A stretch of DNA of 61,529 nt from a virus (lineage: Duplodnaviria; Caudoviricetes): positions 1-61,529 of the IMG/VR virus record IMGVR_UViG_3300025632_000015; one strand, given 5' to 3'. The stretch's first letter is position 1, and each line of letters starts with the position of its first letter. A program made the position numbers and the translations under genes. Positions 11,079-21,200 of this stretch are shown here, one piece after another. Below the pieces are notes generated by a model. The model made no database searches and had not been told where the DNA came from. It saw nothing but the letters and a program-made list of their open reading frames with translations.

Positions 11079-14000
11079 ATGAGTAAATATGCTTTTTCTG
11101 AATCGTTCGGTGAATTTACCGACAAAGATACAGAAGACGCAGTATTGACTAGATACAAAAAGCACGTCATTGACCATATACTTCAACACTATGAAATACA
11201 CGTCAATAGTCACAATCGTGACAATTTAACTTCACATCAGTTGCTATATTACCATGTTTACGGCGATTATCGTTTAGTATTAGACGACAAGAAACCTAAG
11301 TTTGTTTACAAAACAACAGGATATACAGAAACAAATATATTGTTGGGCGCACCGATAGATGAGTACTATCTAAACAATTTTCTAAATCAAGAAGAAGAAG
11401 GCATTATCAATGGCATATATGATTCTGTAAAAAATGATGGCGCATTAAAATACGACACGGAAAAAGTAGATTGGTTAAACACCGAACTACAAAAAAGAGG
11501 CACAGGAACTAAATTTAACTTACCAAGCATTGGTACAGAGATTGTAAAAATGCATGCTTACGGAAATGCTTCGGATGATATTAAAAAAGGCTTGATTGAC
11601 GAAATGTATGCATTAAGTGAGTTCTTAGACTCAGAAGATAACAGAAATGAGTATCCAGCATTATACGATGAAGACGCTATAGAATTAGTTAACAAATTTC
11701 TCGTAAATCCATTTATGGACTCAAGCGAGTTTAATGGAAGTGTATCAAAATCCATAGCCGTCTTAATAGAATCATTTTTGACAAATTTAGAGTATCGTGA
11801 ACTCTACGACTCATATCCAGACGAAAAAACCAATCCCCTACCACTAGAGAAAAATATTTTTAAAACTTTACGAGATATATATGACATAGACAACGATTAT
11901 GACACAGAAGGAGCCATTAGCAAAATAGTATCGACATTGTTTGCAAAGTCTACGCAGAAGTACAATATTGACGACGAAGTAATGTTTTCAGACAATCTTT
12001 CAAGTGCGAAACTAACCGCAATAGCAGATTTATTAGAAGTAGACCAAGAAGAGATAATGGCGTCCGAGTACGTCATAACCGGATTTAGTGAGACTGGTGG
12101 ATATGTTTTGCGTACAGTAGATTTAGTTGGTGGCGGACCTGTACCGCTAGATTTGAATGACTCACCAGATGACGTAAAAATTGCAGAAAACGATTTGATT
12201 AAATCAACTACACCGAAATTTGATTACGACGAAGATTCTGGTGACGTCACAACCACTGGTGGTAAGAAAAAAAAGAAAGGCGGTGGCAAAGTAGTATTAG
12301 AGCCAGCGTTAATTATTTATCAAAGGATTCTACTCGATACGTTTTCTGCCATACAAATATTGTGTCACACCAATGAATGGGCAAGACAGGGTGGCAACAA
12401 TGCAGAGGCTAAAACCGAAGCAAAAATGCGATTTCTTTCCAGCGGAGTTAACGTATATGCTTCGACACAAAACAACAACCAAAATAAACAGAAAGGAAAT
12501 AACAACAAAAAAGGCAAAATAAAACCAATTCATATTTACGATTCATTCCCCAACATAGCACATTTTGACAGCGGAAGTGTAGTTGGAATACCACCAAATA
12601 AAGACAGTAAAGCAAAATTAGGAAATCGGGGTTTGTTAGATGAATTGGCAGATTGGAGAGGGTTCTACACACTCTCAGTGCTAGCCAAAGCAAGAAAGAA
12701 ATCATACGACAGACAGTCTATGGACACTTTTTACTCATCCGATATTTTACTAAAAGAAATCGCTTGGATGGCGACTGCGTTAAGTGACGGCTCAAAAGTA
12801 CTTTCTAAGAAAGAAGACCCAAGAGACTTAATGTCACAAATTCAATATACATACGTTCGAGGAGTGCCAACAGATAAGGACGGTAACGACTTACTGCAAC
12901 AAACAGCCGTTGCACCAAAGGAAACTGTTTTCTACGAAGTTGACGTACCTTTGTTGAAAGAAGTAATAATGACTTACACAGATGTTTACAATAAATCTGT
13001 TATATATCGTGCGTTCAATACAGCAAAGAACACAAAGGACAAAACCATAACCGTCGAAACTGACAACGTAAAGACATTGGTTGCAAATGCATTTGAGGAA
13101 CATAAAAAAGCCAAAAAAGCAGAGGATGAAGGAAAACCAGATGCAGAAATAAAAGCATTCAAAGATAAAAAAAGCGAATACCTAGGCCAAGCAATGAGGC
13201 AACAGCCCAATGCATTTAGAGTAGATCAACCGAAAGGAAAGTCGGGTCGCGACGAAGACAGTTATCCTGGCATAAAGTATCTGCCGAAAGGTGAGGGAGG
13301 CAAATTCCACGTTGATGTTACACAGATACCTAGTAACGTTACTGGTGCAGATAAAATACCAAAAGACCGGAACAAAAAATCACGTACAGCAGGTCCCGCA
13401 GATGCTGGCGAATCAATATACGACACAACCACAATAACAACTAGAGCCCCTGTGAAAGAAGCCGATCTTGCAAGAACAATATGGCAGTCTGTCAAAACAA
13501 GAACAACAGGACTGTTTGACTTAGAAGGTGCAAGACCTCACGAATTTATGTATCTGTTATTCGAGGAGATGAACAAAGTTCTCTCAAGGTCTAAGTTAAT
13601 CAAAGCACCATACCCTGAAGCATGGTTTGGTACAAACATTGTTGACAAGTTAATTACCGACCCTATGCAATTAGGAGAGAGCGTTGAGATAAGATTTTAC
13701 GAAGAAAAACTAGCAGAATACATTGGTGCATTAGAAAAAAGATACATGAGCAATTTTTTAATTCCATCAGTTTTATTGACACAAACACAAATGGGTCGTA
13801 TCAAATATAGCAAAAACCCAGAGAAACTAAAGATGGCGTTTATGGAAAGACTCGCAAAAGACTCAGCAAGCCCACAATTAGTAACGACTAATTATATTCT
13901 CAAACCATATGCAATAACAGTGGCCATCATGCGCGGTGTTTTACAAATACCCGAAAAAGACAGATCGTCTTTTGTCGCACAAGAAATAGATGAAGATATG

Positions 14001-14105
14001 CGCACGGAGATACGCAGACATATGTATAACAATGACATTAGACCACTGCTTCCTAGAGAACACCCATTGTTTGAACCAAGAGAGAAAATAGAGGAGGAGG
14101 AATAA
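11079..14105 (+). CDS. Large hypothetical protein
   Basis: 1008-aa ORF with a GGAGGT SD. Acidic N-terminal half and Lys/Gly/Asn low-complexity linkers. No family recognised. Confidence 0.75.
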   Translation: MSKYAFSESFGEFTDKDTEDAVLTRYKKHVIDHILQHYEIHVNSHNRDNLTSHQLLYYHVYGDYRLVLDDKKPKFVYKTTGYTETNILLGAPIDEYYLNNFLNQEEEGIINGIYDSVKNDGALKYDTEKVDWLNTELQKRGTGTKFNLPSIGTEIVKMHAYGNASDDIKKGLIDEMYALSEFLDSEDNRNEYPALYDEDAIELVNKFLVNPFMDSSEFNGSVSKSIAVLIESFLTNLEYRELYDSYPDEKTNPLPLEKNIFKTLRDIYDIDNDYDTEGAISKIVSTLFAKSTQKYNIDDEVMFSDNLSSAKLTAIADLLEVDQEEIMASEYVITGFSETGGYVLRTVDLVGGGPVPLDLNDSPDDVKIAENDLIKSTTPKFDYDEDSGDVTTTGGKKKKKGGGKVVLEPALIIYQRILLDTFSAIQILCHTNEWARQGGNNAEAKTEAKMRFLSSGVNVYASTQNNNQNKQKGNNNKKGKIKPIHIYDSFPNIAHFDSGSVVGIPPNKDSKAKLGNRGLLDELADWRGFYTLSVLAKARKKSYDRQSMDTFYSSDILLKEIAWMATALSDGSKVLSKKEDPRDLMSQIQYTYVRGVPTDKDGNDLLQQTAVAPKETVFYEVDVPLLKEVIMTYTDVYNKSVIYRAFNTAKNTKDKTITVETDNVKTLVANAFEEHKKAKKAEDEGKPDAEIKAFKDKKSEYLGQAMRQQPNAFRVDQPKGKSGRDEDSYPGIKYLPKGEGGKFHVDVTQIPSNVTGADKIPKDRNKKSRTAGPADAGESIYDTTTITTRAPVKEADLARTIWQSVKTRTTGLFDLEGARPHEFMYLLFEEMNKVLSRSKLIKAPYPEAWFGTNIVDKLITDPMQLGESVEIRFYEEKLAEYIGALEKRYMSNFLIPSVLLTQTQMGRIKYSKNPEKLKMAFMERLAKDSASPQLVTTNYILKPYAITVAIMRGVLQIPEKDRSSFVAQEIDEDMRTEIRRHMYNNDIRPLLPREHPLFEPREKIEEEE

Positions 14106-17100
14106 TGAGTGACTTCAACCTTGTATTCGTAGAGTTTGATAAGTTTGCTCGACTAGAAACTGTAGATAAAGAAACATTGACAGAAGACGACATAGATTTA
14201 TTCTTGACTAATTTCCTAGCACCAAACTCATTCTTCTATCACAAAGGTTTGCAGATAAGTTGCGCAAATAAGCCAGACAGAGAGACTGGTGAAAAAGCAT
14301 ATGACATGGACGGTAAGTCTTATGTTGAAGCAGTTAATGAATTAAAACCAATATTAAGTAAAAAGATAAGAGATAGTTATGGTAGCATTTCTAAAGACTC
14401 TAACGCATTTGCATTCGATGCCGCACCTAGAACTGTCAAAGAAATTGCATTAAGTTTGGCATACGGTGCAGGATTAAATGCAGCAAAATGGCAAGCAATG
14501 TCAGAAATAGAAAGAATACAACACCCTGTTTACGCGAATGCACAAATAGAAGCAAATAGAATACAAAGTAGATTGGCACAGTATCATGAAAAGGTATTGC
14601 CTTTTATGCTAAGAAAAACAATGCATCACCCCATTTCGTTTATCAAATATAGCCAAACAAAAGGATACATCCCTACACCAATCAGGAATACTAACGAAGT
14701 TAATGAAGTTACACTATCGTCAGAAGAAGATTTGCAAAACATGCTGAGCAGTAAAAGATACAACGATACTGGATTCCCTGGTGCCAAAGATGAAGAAATC
14801 AGGGGATTAGTCTGGGATCCATCACCAAGCAGAAAGAATTTGAAACTCGCTGTTATTGATATTGACAACCCAGCAGACTTAAGCAAAGCAAAACTAAGAG
14901 AAGTTACGCGTAGTGCTGCCCTAAGAATAGCAAATGCAGGACATCCATACATCATAATGTATACAGGTAAAAATTTTCAAATATGGATGGGTGAAAGTAA
15001 AAACAAACTGGGTGATGCACCGGAAGTTATAGATTATCTTAGAGGACTTTTGAATGGACTTGGTAACTTCCAAGGCAAACAAGAAGCCATTGATGCAAAG
15101 GAAATATGGTTTGACGAAAACATATTAGCAAGTTCAGTAAATAAATTACCAACTAGGATGTTCTTTAGTTTGCACTATCCACTAAAAAACCAAGAGAAGT
15201 CATATAGTGGTTTAGCCGCTGTACCAGTAAGCATTGACAATGTAAAGACATTTGATCCTTACAAGCATGCACATCCAGATATTGTATTACTAAACTTTGA
15301 CAAATATGCTAGTGTCATAGCCGCTTTCTTTGACTCAGTGAAAGTTGGACAAGACTATGGAGAGGATACAGAAACAGATCCAGAGTGCATTAGATTACCA
15401 GAGAAGTACCCTGATAATGAACTAGTATCTCTAATAGATAGTAATAGTAATACTATAGGGGTTAAGTTAGAAGATATAGCTAATAAAGTAGCAGACGAAG
15501 CGTCTACATTTGTATATGCAAAAGCAAAAGGTATAGACGCAGTAATAACATACAATGAGCGAGGCGGACTTAGATTCGGTAAGAATACCTTGACTAGCAC
15601 TAAAGTAAGGTCGACAGGTAACAGAAAAGAAGAAGTTAGCGAGAGTACCTTATCTGCAATCATAACTCGAACAGGTATAGTGATACACAGTGATTACATC
15701 TCTAGGGATTTGCAGCGGTATTGTCAGTCTAAAAATATCAAAGAACTAACTTTGGTTGGTCAACTAACAAGCACAGACTACATTGGTAATGAATTGGAAG
15801 AACAAGAAATACGTGGAGTAGTATCAAGAAAAGAAGGCATCCTTGCCGAAGAGTTCAAGACACTAAGATTCGTAGTCAATAAGATAGCATTCCATAACAA
15901 TGAAATGGTCCCATTAGAGATAATGCATAAAGAAGTTCAGAAATTAAACAGTAGTAGAATACTACCAGGACCCAGCACAAACTTTACAAATCCTATGGGA
16001 GAGAAAATTAAAACATATTACAAAACCATAAGAAGCCTAAGACTGGGTAGAGAACTAGTCGTATTGGGCGAAGAGTCGTATCTCATTTCTGCATCAGACA
16101 CAATGAACATGGTAATATTAGGCATGGACGCCAGGTCAACTGCATACCAACAAAATTCCAAAGAAATCGGTACCGTGTATGTGGGCGTTATCAAAACTGA
16201 TAGAAACAGAGGACCAGTATATTACATCATGGCAAAAGCAGAAATTGCATTAAAGAAAGAAGATAGGATACGACTCAAAGAGTTGGTTGTTGGTGAAGAT
16301 GGTAAAAACATAGTACCAGTCAATGTTAGAGATGACCAGTTCGTAAATGACATAGTGCTTACAGAACCAAATATAGTAGTAGAAGTAGCATATAGTGATA
16401 TTAGCAGTAGAATGACAATTGCACTTCCGTCACAATTTATTCCTGGCACCGCTTCTGGTAGACCTAAACTATACAGAATATTGGATGCGAAGCGATATAT
16501 CACAAAGATGGTCGGAGCAAAAGTTATCAGAATTAACGAAGATCTAAACCCATTAAAACAAACAGATGTCTCTTTCGACCAAGATAACCTAATCAAAATA
16601 CAAGGAACAGCACCAAAAGGAGGTTTTACAATTGTGCAATCGCTACCGAACCCAATCAAGAGAGACGATTTGTACTCAACATATGACAAACTTCTCGGCG
16701 AAGAAATAGATCCTAAGCTACCGTGGAAGATGTCTGAAAAAGCATTTGATAAGTTCAGTAAGTTAACTAAAAATAAAGCACTAATTGGTTATGTCGATGG
16801 AAAGAGAATTTACTACAACGAAGCAGACGATTGGGTAATGCATGGAAATAACGAAGATTTCTTTTGGGCATCAATGACTTTCAGATCGATTATGAGTCCA
16901 TTCAAATTACGAGGCGTTGACATAATGACCGCAGCCAAGATGTGTGCAGAGTATGGCGTGAATTGGCATTTGGTTGTATCAGAAAATACTTTCTACTGGA
17001 TGTACTGTAGCATAGAAAACGATCAGATCCGTAAAGAACATTCTAAGTACATACGTGATGAAGACTACGATGGTGATATAGAAGAAGTTTTATCCGATTT

Positions 17101-18259
17101 ATTACACACAGTTAATTCAACATATTCTCCCAAATCAGTTGTTAAAGATGCAAAAGTTCCGGGGTTTGTGTTTGATGTAACTGTTGTCGAAAAGATTAAA
17201 CAAAACCCTGCTTTTTATGGCGTACCAAAGAAACTCAACTCATGGATGGATGTTTACCTTGATAGCGAAGACTTGGGTCTAGATGAAGACGGCAATCAAA
17301 AATATAGATATGTAGAAGCCGGTGGAACAATAGTACCATTGACTACGTATGGTGGACGTAAAGAAGATGTTCCATTACTAAGCAAGAATTACCTTGTAGA
17401 AAAAGACAGGCGTATACCAGGAGAATTCGATGTCGCAGCTAGGCGACACCATAAAGGCGAACCAGGATACAAAGTATACATTGATGAGGGTTCCGCAAAT
17501 AGTCTAAATGCAACACCCCACTATACTCAAACTAGTTTACCTTTCAGCTTTGCAACCGCAGTAGATGACAAATACGGTTATGGGCAAGACGGTAATAGAG
17601 TACTATTTGGCAAAAGTGGATCTGCTGGTCAGTTAAAACAAATCACAGACAAGTATGATACAAAGTCGTTCAAGACGCAAATGGACAACCATGATCTATC
17701 AAATAAAGAACAAGCAAAAGAAGACGCAAGATTACTCCAGTCGATGTTTAATTATGTACCAGGTGGTAAAGTTTTAGATCCAAATAAAAAAGAAACAGAA
17801 ACTAGATCCGGATCAGGACTAAGTTTAGATTACCAAAAAGCGTATGAAGCCGACAATAAAAGGCTACAGAAAGCAACGACAGAAACTCCTTTTGCACACT
17901 TTAAAGCCAAAACTAACCCACCAATAAAAGCACAAGCATGGGCTGAATATGTCAGTAAGTATGTAGAAACACATAGATTATGGGATGCCGAGCCAGAACC
18001 TAAAGAAACCTGGGAAAGATACAGTCTTGGAGCATTTCCTGCACACTTTGTTGAAATGTTAGAAAAGGAAAGATTATTGTTAAAGGCACAAGACGCACAC
18101 TCGTTAACAGAAGACGAACTGCGAATACTCAACGAATCTTTTAGTGCTGCACCATCAGGAGACTTGTTGGAAAGTGCGCTTAGTGATTTATTTGAAGCAG
18201 TAGAAGAAGAGGAGGAAGTCGAATATGAACCAGATGATGAAGACTACGACATCACATGA
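14105..18259 (+). CDS. Archaeo-eukaryotic primase-like domain fused to a degenerate ATP-dependent DNA ligase-like region, plus NP-delimited C-terminal modules
   Basis: AEP-like motifs: LAVIDID, YTGKNFQIW, IWFD, RMFFSLH...SGLAAVPV. Ligase/OB-like motifs: AKAKG, LVGQL, DTMNMVILG, EPNIVVEVAYSDI, VIRINED. Confidence 0.6.
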   Translation: MSDFNLVFVEFDKFARLETVDKETLTEDDIDLFLTNFLAPNSFFYHKGLQISCANKPDRETGEKAYDMDGKSYVEAVNELKPILSKKIRDSYGSISKDSNAFAFDAAPRTVKEIALSLAYGAGLNAAKWQAMSEIERIQHPVYANAQIEANRIQSRLAQYHEKVLPFMLRKTMHHPISFIKYSQTKGYIPTPIRNTNEVNEVTLSSEEDLQNMLSSKRYNDTGFPGAKDEEIRGLVWDPSPSRKNLKLAVIDIDNPADLSKAKLREVTRSAALRIANAGHPYIIMYTGKNFQIWMGESKNKLGDAPEVIDYLRGLLNGLGNFQGKQEAIDAKEIWFDENILASSVNKLPTRMFFSLHYPLKNQEKSYSGLAAVPVSIDNVKTFDPYKHAHPDIVLLNFDKYASVIAAFFDSVKVGQDYGEDTETDPECIRLPEKYPDNELVSLIDSNSNTIGVKLEDIANKVADEASTFVYAKAKGIDAVITYNERGGLRFGKNTLTSTKVRSTGNRKEEVSESTLSAIITRTGIVIHSDYISRDLQRYCQSKNIKELTLVGQLTSTDYIGNELEEQEIRGVVSRKEGILAEEFKTLRFVVNKIAFHNNEMVPLEIMHKEVQKLNSSRILPGPSTNFTNPMGEKIKTYYKTIRSLRLGRELVVLGEESYLISASDTMNMVILGMDARSTAYQQNSKEIGTVYVGVIKTDRNRGPVYYIMAKAEIALKKEDRIRLKELVVGEDGKNIVPVNVRDDQFVNDIVLTEPNIVVEVAYSDISSRMTIALPSQFIPGTASGRPKLYRILDAKRYITKMVGAKVIRINEDLNPLKQTDVSFDQDNLIKIQGTAPKGGFTIVQSLPNPIKRDDLYSTYDKLLGEEIDPKLPWKMSEKAFDKFSKLTKNKALIGYVDGKRIYYNEADDWVMHGNNEDFFWASMTFRSIMSPFKLRGVDIMTAAKMCAEYGVNWHLVVSENTFYWMYCSIENDQIRKEHSKYIRDEDYDGDIEEVLSDLLHTVNSTYSPKSVVKDAKVPGFVFDVTVVEKIKQNPAFYGVPKKLNSWMDVYLDSEDLGLDEDGNQKYRYVEAGGTIVPLTTYGGRKEDVPLLSKNYLVEKDRRIPGEFDVAARRHHKGEPGYKVYIDEGSANSLNATPHYTQTSLPFSFATAVDDKYGYGQDGNRVLFGKSGSAGQLKQITDKYDTKSFKTQMDNHDLSNKEQAKEDARLLQSMFNYVPGGKVLDPNKKETETRSGSGLSLDYQKAYEADNKRLQKATTETPFAHFKAKTNPPIKAQAWAEYVSKYVETHRLWDAEPEPKETWERYSLGAFPAHFVEMLEKERLLLKAQDAHSLTEDELRILNESFSAAPSGDLLESALSDLFEAVEEEEEVEYEPDDEDYDIT

Positions 18260-21200
18260 TATTGCAACCCTACTGAACTTTCCAGAAATAGGACAAATAC
18301 TTTCTGGTAACAAAGTTACTGATACAGACGTCAAGTATAAAGATGGTGTATTTAGATACAGAATAACTTTACCAAAAGGCGTAAGACGTAGCGACATACC
18401 AAACATACTGCGTGATTTTTACAATATTGGAATTTTTACATTGAATAGCGAAGATCACATAGTAGAGAATCATGACTATCAAACAAGGACCACCAGAAAC
18501 AATGTAGTTGTAATCGGGTCAATGCAGATAACTCCTGTGAGTTTAACTAATCCAGTACTAAAGAAGATGACTGCTCTAGAAGATTTTAACAACGAATATG
18601 ATAAGATGGTCATGACGGCTCCGGAGACTTACTTCAAAGCATTTCCATATAGAGGCTTTAATGGCCCAACATTTAGGGCTAAACTATTTTCTTTCGTATC
18701 AAACATGGGAGAAAACTATGGGTACTGTGATGATAAAACAATCTACCATCGTAGAGCATCATTAGTTATGCCTAAAATAAAAATTACCAAAGCACCGGAA
18801 CAAGCAAAAATGTTCTACCATACACACCCTAAAAGAGACGAACCGTCTCTGAGTTCTGCAGACGACTATCTAATATATTTCGATATGAGTCACAAGCCAA
18901 GAAATATTAGACACTTCTATACTGTAATGGCAGACAGAATGGATTACTTTCACATTGTACCTAAACCGTCAAAGAAGAAAGACTACGTTAAAATTAATGA
19001 AGACAAGTTCATTGCAGAGTTAGATAATCAAATAGATGAAGCCGCAAGCAGATTAGATCAGGTGATGTCTAGTGATTCATACGGTGACGACTTACAATAC
19101 TGTGAAAAAGTAACACGTGAAGTAGTAAAATGGTTAAACAATAAATATAAAAAATACTTTACAATAACTTACAAATGCCACTACCGAGTAAAGAATAACC
19201 CAGATAAACCAACTGGAAACGATTTGCACTTAGATGATGAGTTTATTGGTAAAGCACTAAAAGATCTGAAAACAGGAGCTGCATCTTGGCCAGAGTTTAG
19301 GGAGAAAGACAAGCCACAAGAAAATTATGCATATTGGCATTCAAAATACTTTACTATGAATAAGGATGCAAAAGGCGTTGGTTACATGGGGTTACTTCCC
19401 GGTGACACTAGAAGGTTCAACCATTTCATATATGCTAATTATAGAGGTAGTGAATATACCTATGAAGATATACTAGGTATACTATGTATAAGTAATGATA
19501 TAAAGATTAGAGATGCTAAGATAAGAGATGGTAAAGGAATTACTAGTAGGATAGAAGATATCTTAGATTACTTAGAGATACACAATGAAGAGATTAGAGA
19601 AGACATTATGCTTTATGATTCTATAGTGGCAGTAGATGCTTATGGGTCTATGGCAGAAATAGTTGGTGAAGAACATAATTTTATTTTACCGATAGCAGAC
19701 TTTTCAATGCAAAGTGTAGAAGCAATGAAGCTAGTTCGTGGCGGTAAGAAGAATCTGGAGCGAGCAAAATATGATATCATGGTTACGCTCAAAGAAAAGA
19801 TGGGTAAAGCAGTAGCAGATGCCTTGGGAAAAAGGAATAAGCAACTGGTAGACACTGGAACACCCGTATCAATTAATGCATATCACCCATGGAATGATCC
19901 CACAGACACTCGCAATACCTATCCAGGAGATAGCATAAAATCATCTACATTGGGGATTAATCCTCCAGTTCAAAGAAAAAAACGTGAGTTTGGTATGGTT
20001 TTACCAAAAAACGTATTTGACAATCAAGAGTTGCTATTAGAAGTTTTAGAACCGTTCAAAAAACCAGATAAGGATTTAAGAAACGAAAGAACAAACCAAT
20101 ATAACATTGTTGTGCCTGGGGACAACTCTGCTGTGAATTTTACTTTTTACGACACTGGTACCGTCCAAATATTTGTTCCGGCAAAAGGATACCCAATGCC
20201 AGAAAATCCAGACGAAGCAGTTCTTGTTGCAGTTAGAACACTTATTGAAACAATAAATGACATGGGACTTGCGAAACCCATTGAAACAGATGATATAGCA
20301 TTTGGTACGATAGAACCGATACGTAACCCAAATACTGGAGTTATCGTAGCCTTAGTCGGGCCAATACAGCCGACAAAAAACAAGATACTTGATTCACTGT
20401 CTAAAAGAATGAACGCTAGTGTAGTAACTACGTTCACGACAAAGATACTGAAGGCTTACGAGAGAAGACCAAACATAGTAGAAGTTACTGATGAGATATT
20501 TACTAAGATGGAGAATGGTGGAGAGATAGTCGTAGCAACACAAACATACGATGGTTACAAGCGTGGATTCAGCAGAAAAGATATGCAAAAAGGAGATTTC
20601 ATGATGATAGATGCAGAGGTAAGTGATTTACACTTTCTGATTAATGCAAAGCCGTCTGTGATTAGTTTCTTCTTACATCCAACTAATTCTGAGGCAACAA
20701 TAGAAGGATACATGTCTAAATATGTTTCACCTCAAGAAGCAAAAAGAGTTTCTAGGTCTATCGAACCTTCACAAGATCAAGTAGAACATATTATTGAATA
20801 TGACATTGAAAGACCTGCTTCGGCAATAGAAGAAATCTACAACACAATTCCAAAACCAAACCCAATGCCTAAATCAATTGGTTCTATGATGGTTTCATCA
20901 AATGGTGAATATTACTTACGTGTAAAAAACAATCCTTCACACAATAGTTGTCCAGCAGTAACACAGAACTTGGAATTAAATACCAAGAATAGAAACTCTG
21001 CAATAAAAGCAGATTACATAAAATACGGCCCACTTAATTTAGCAGACGAAGATTACTGGGTCAAAGCAGCGGAACACTGGAACACAACACCAGAAGTTGC
21101 TAAAGAATCAAAGTGTGGTAATTGTGTCGCATTTGACATATCACCAAGAATGTTAGATTGTATGCCAGGATCTGTACAAGATGACGGGCAATTAGGAATG

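Noticed and set aside
14425-14475. RTVKEIALSLAYGAG resembles family A polymerase / T7 RNAP motif B (K-x7-YG)
   Set aside because: The Arg spacing is off and I found no motif A or C. Downstream motifs fit an AEP instead, so this is likely coincidence.
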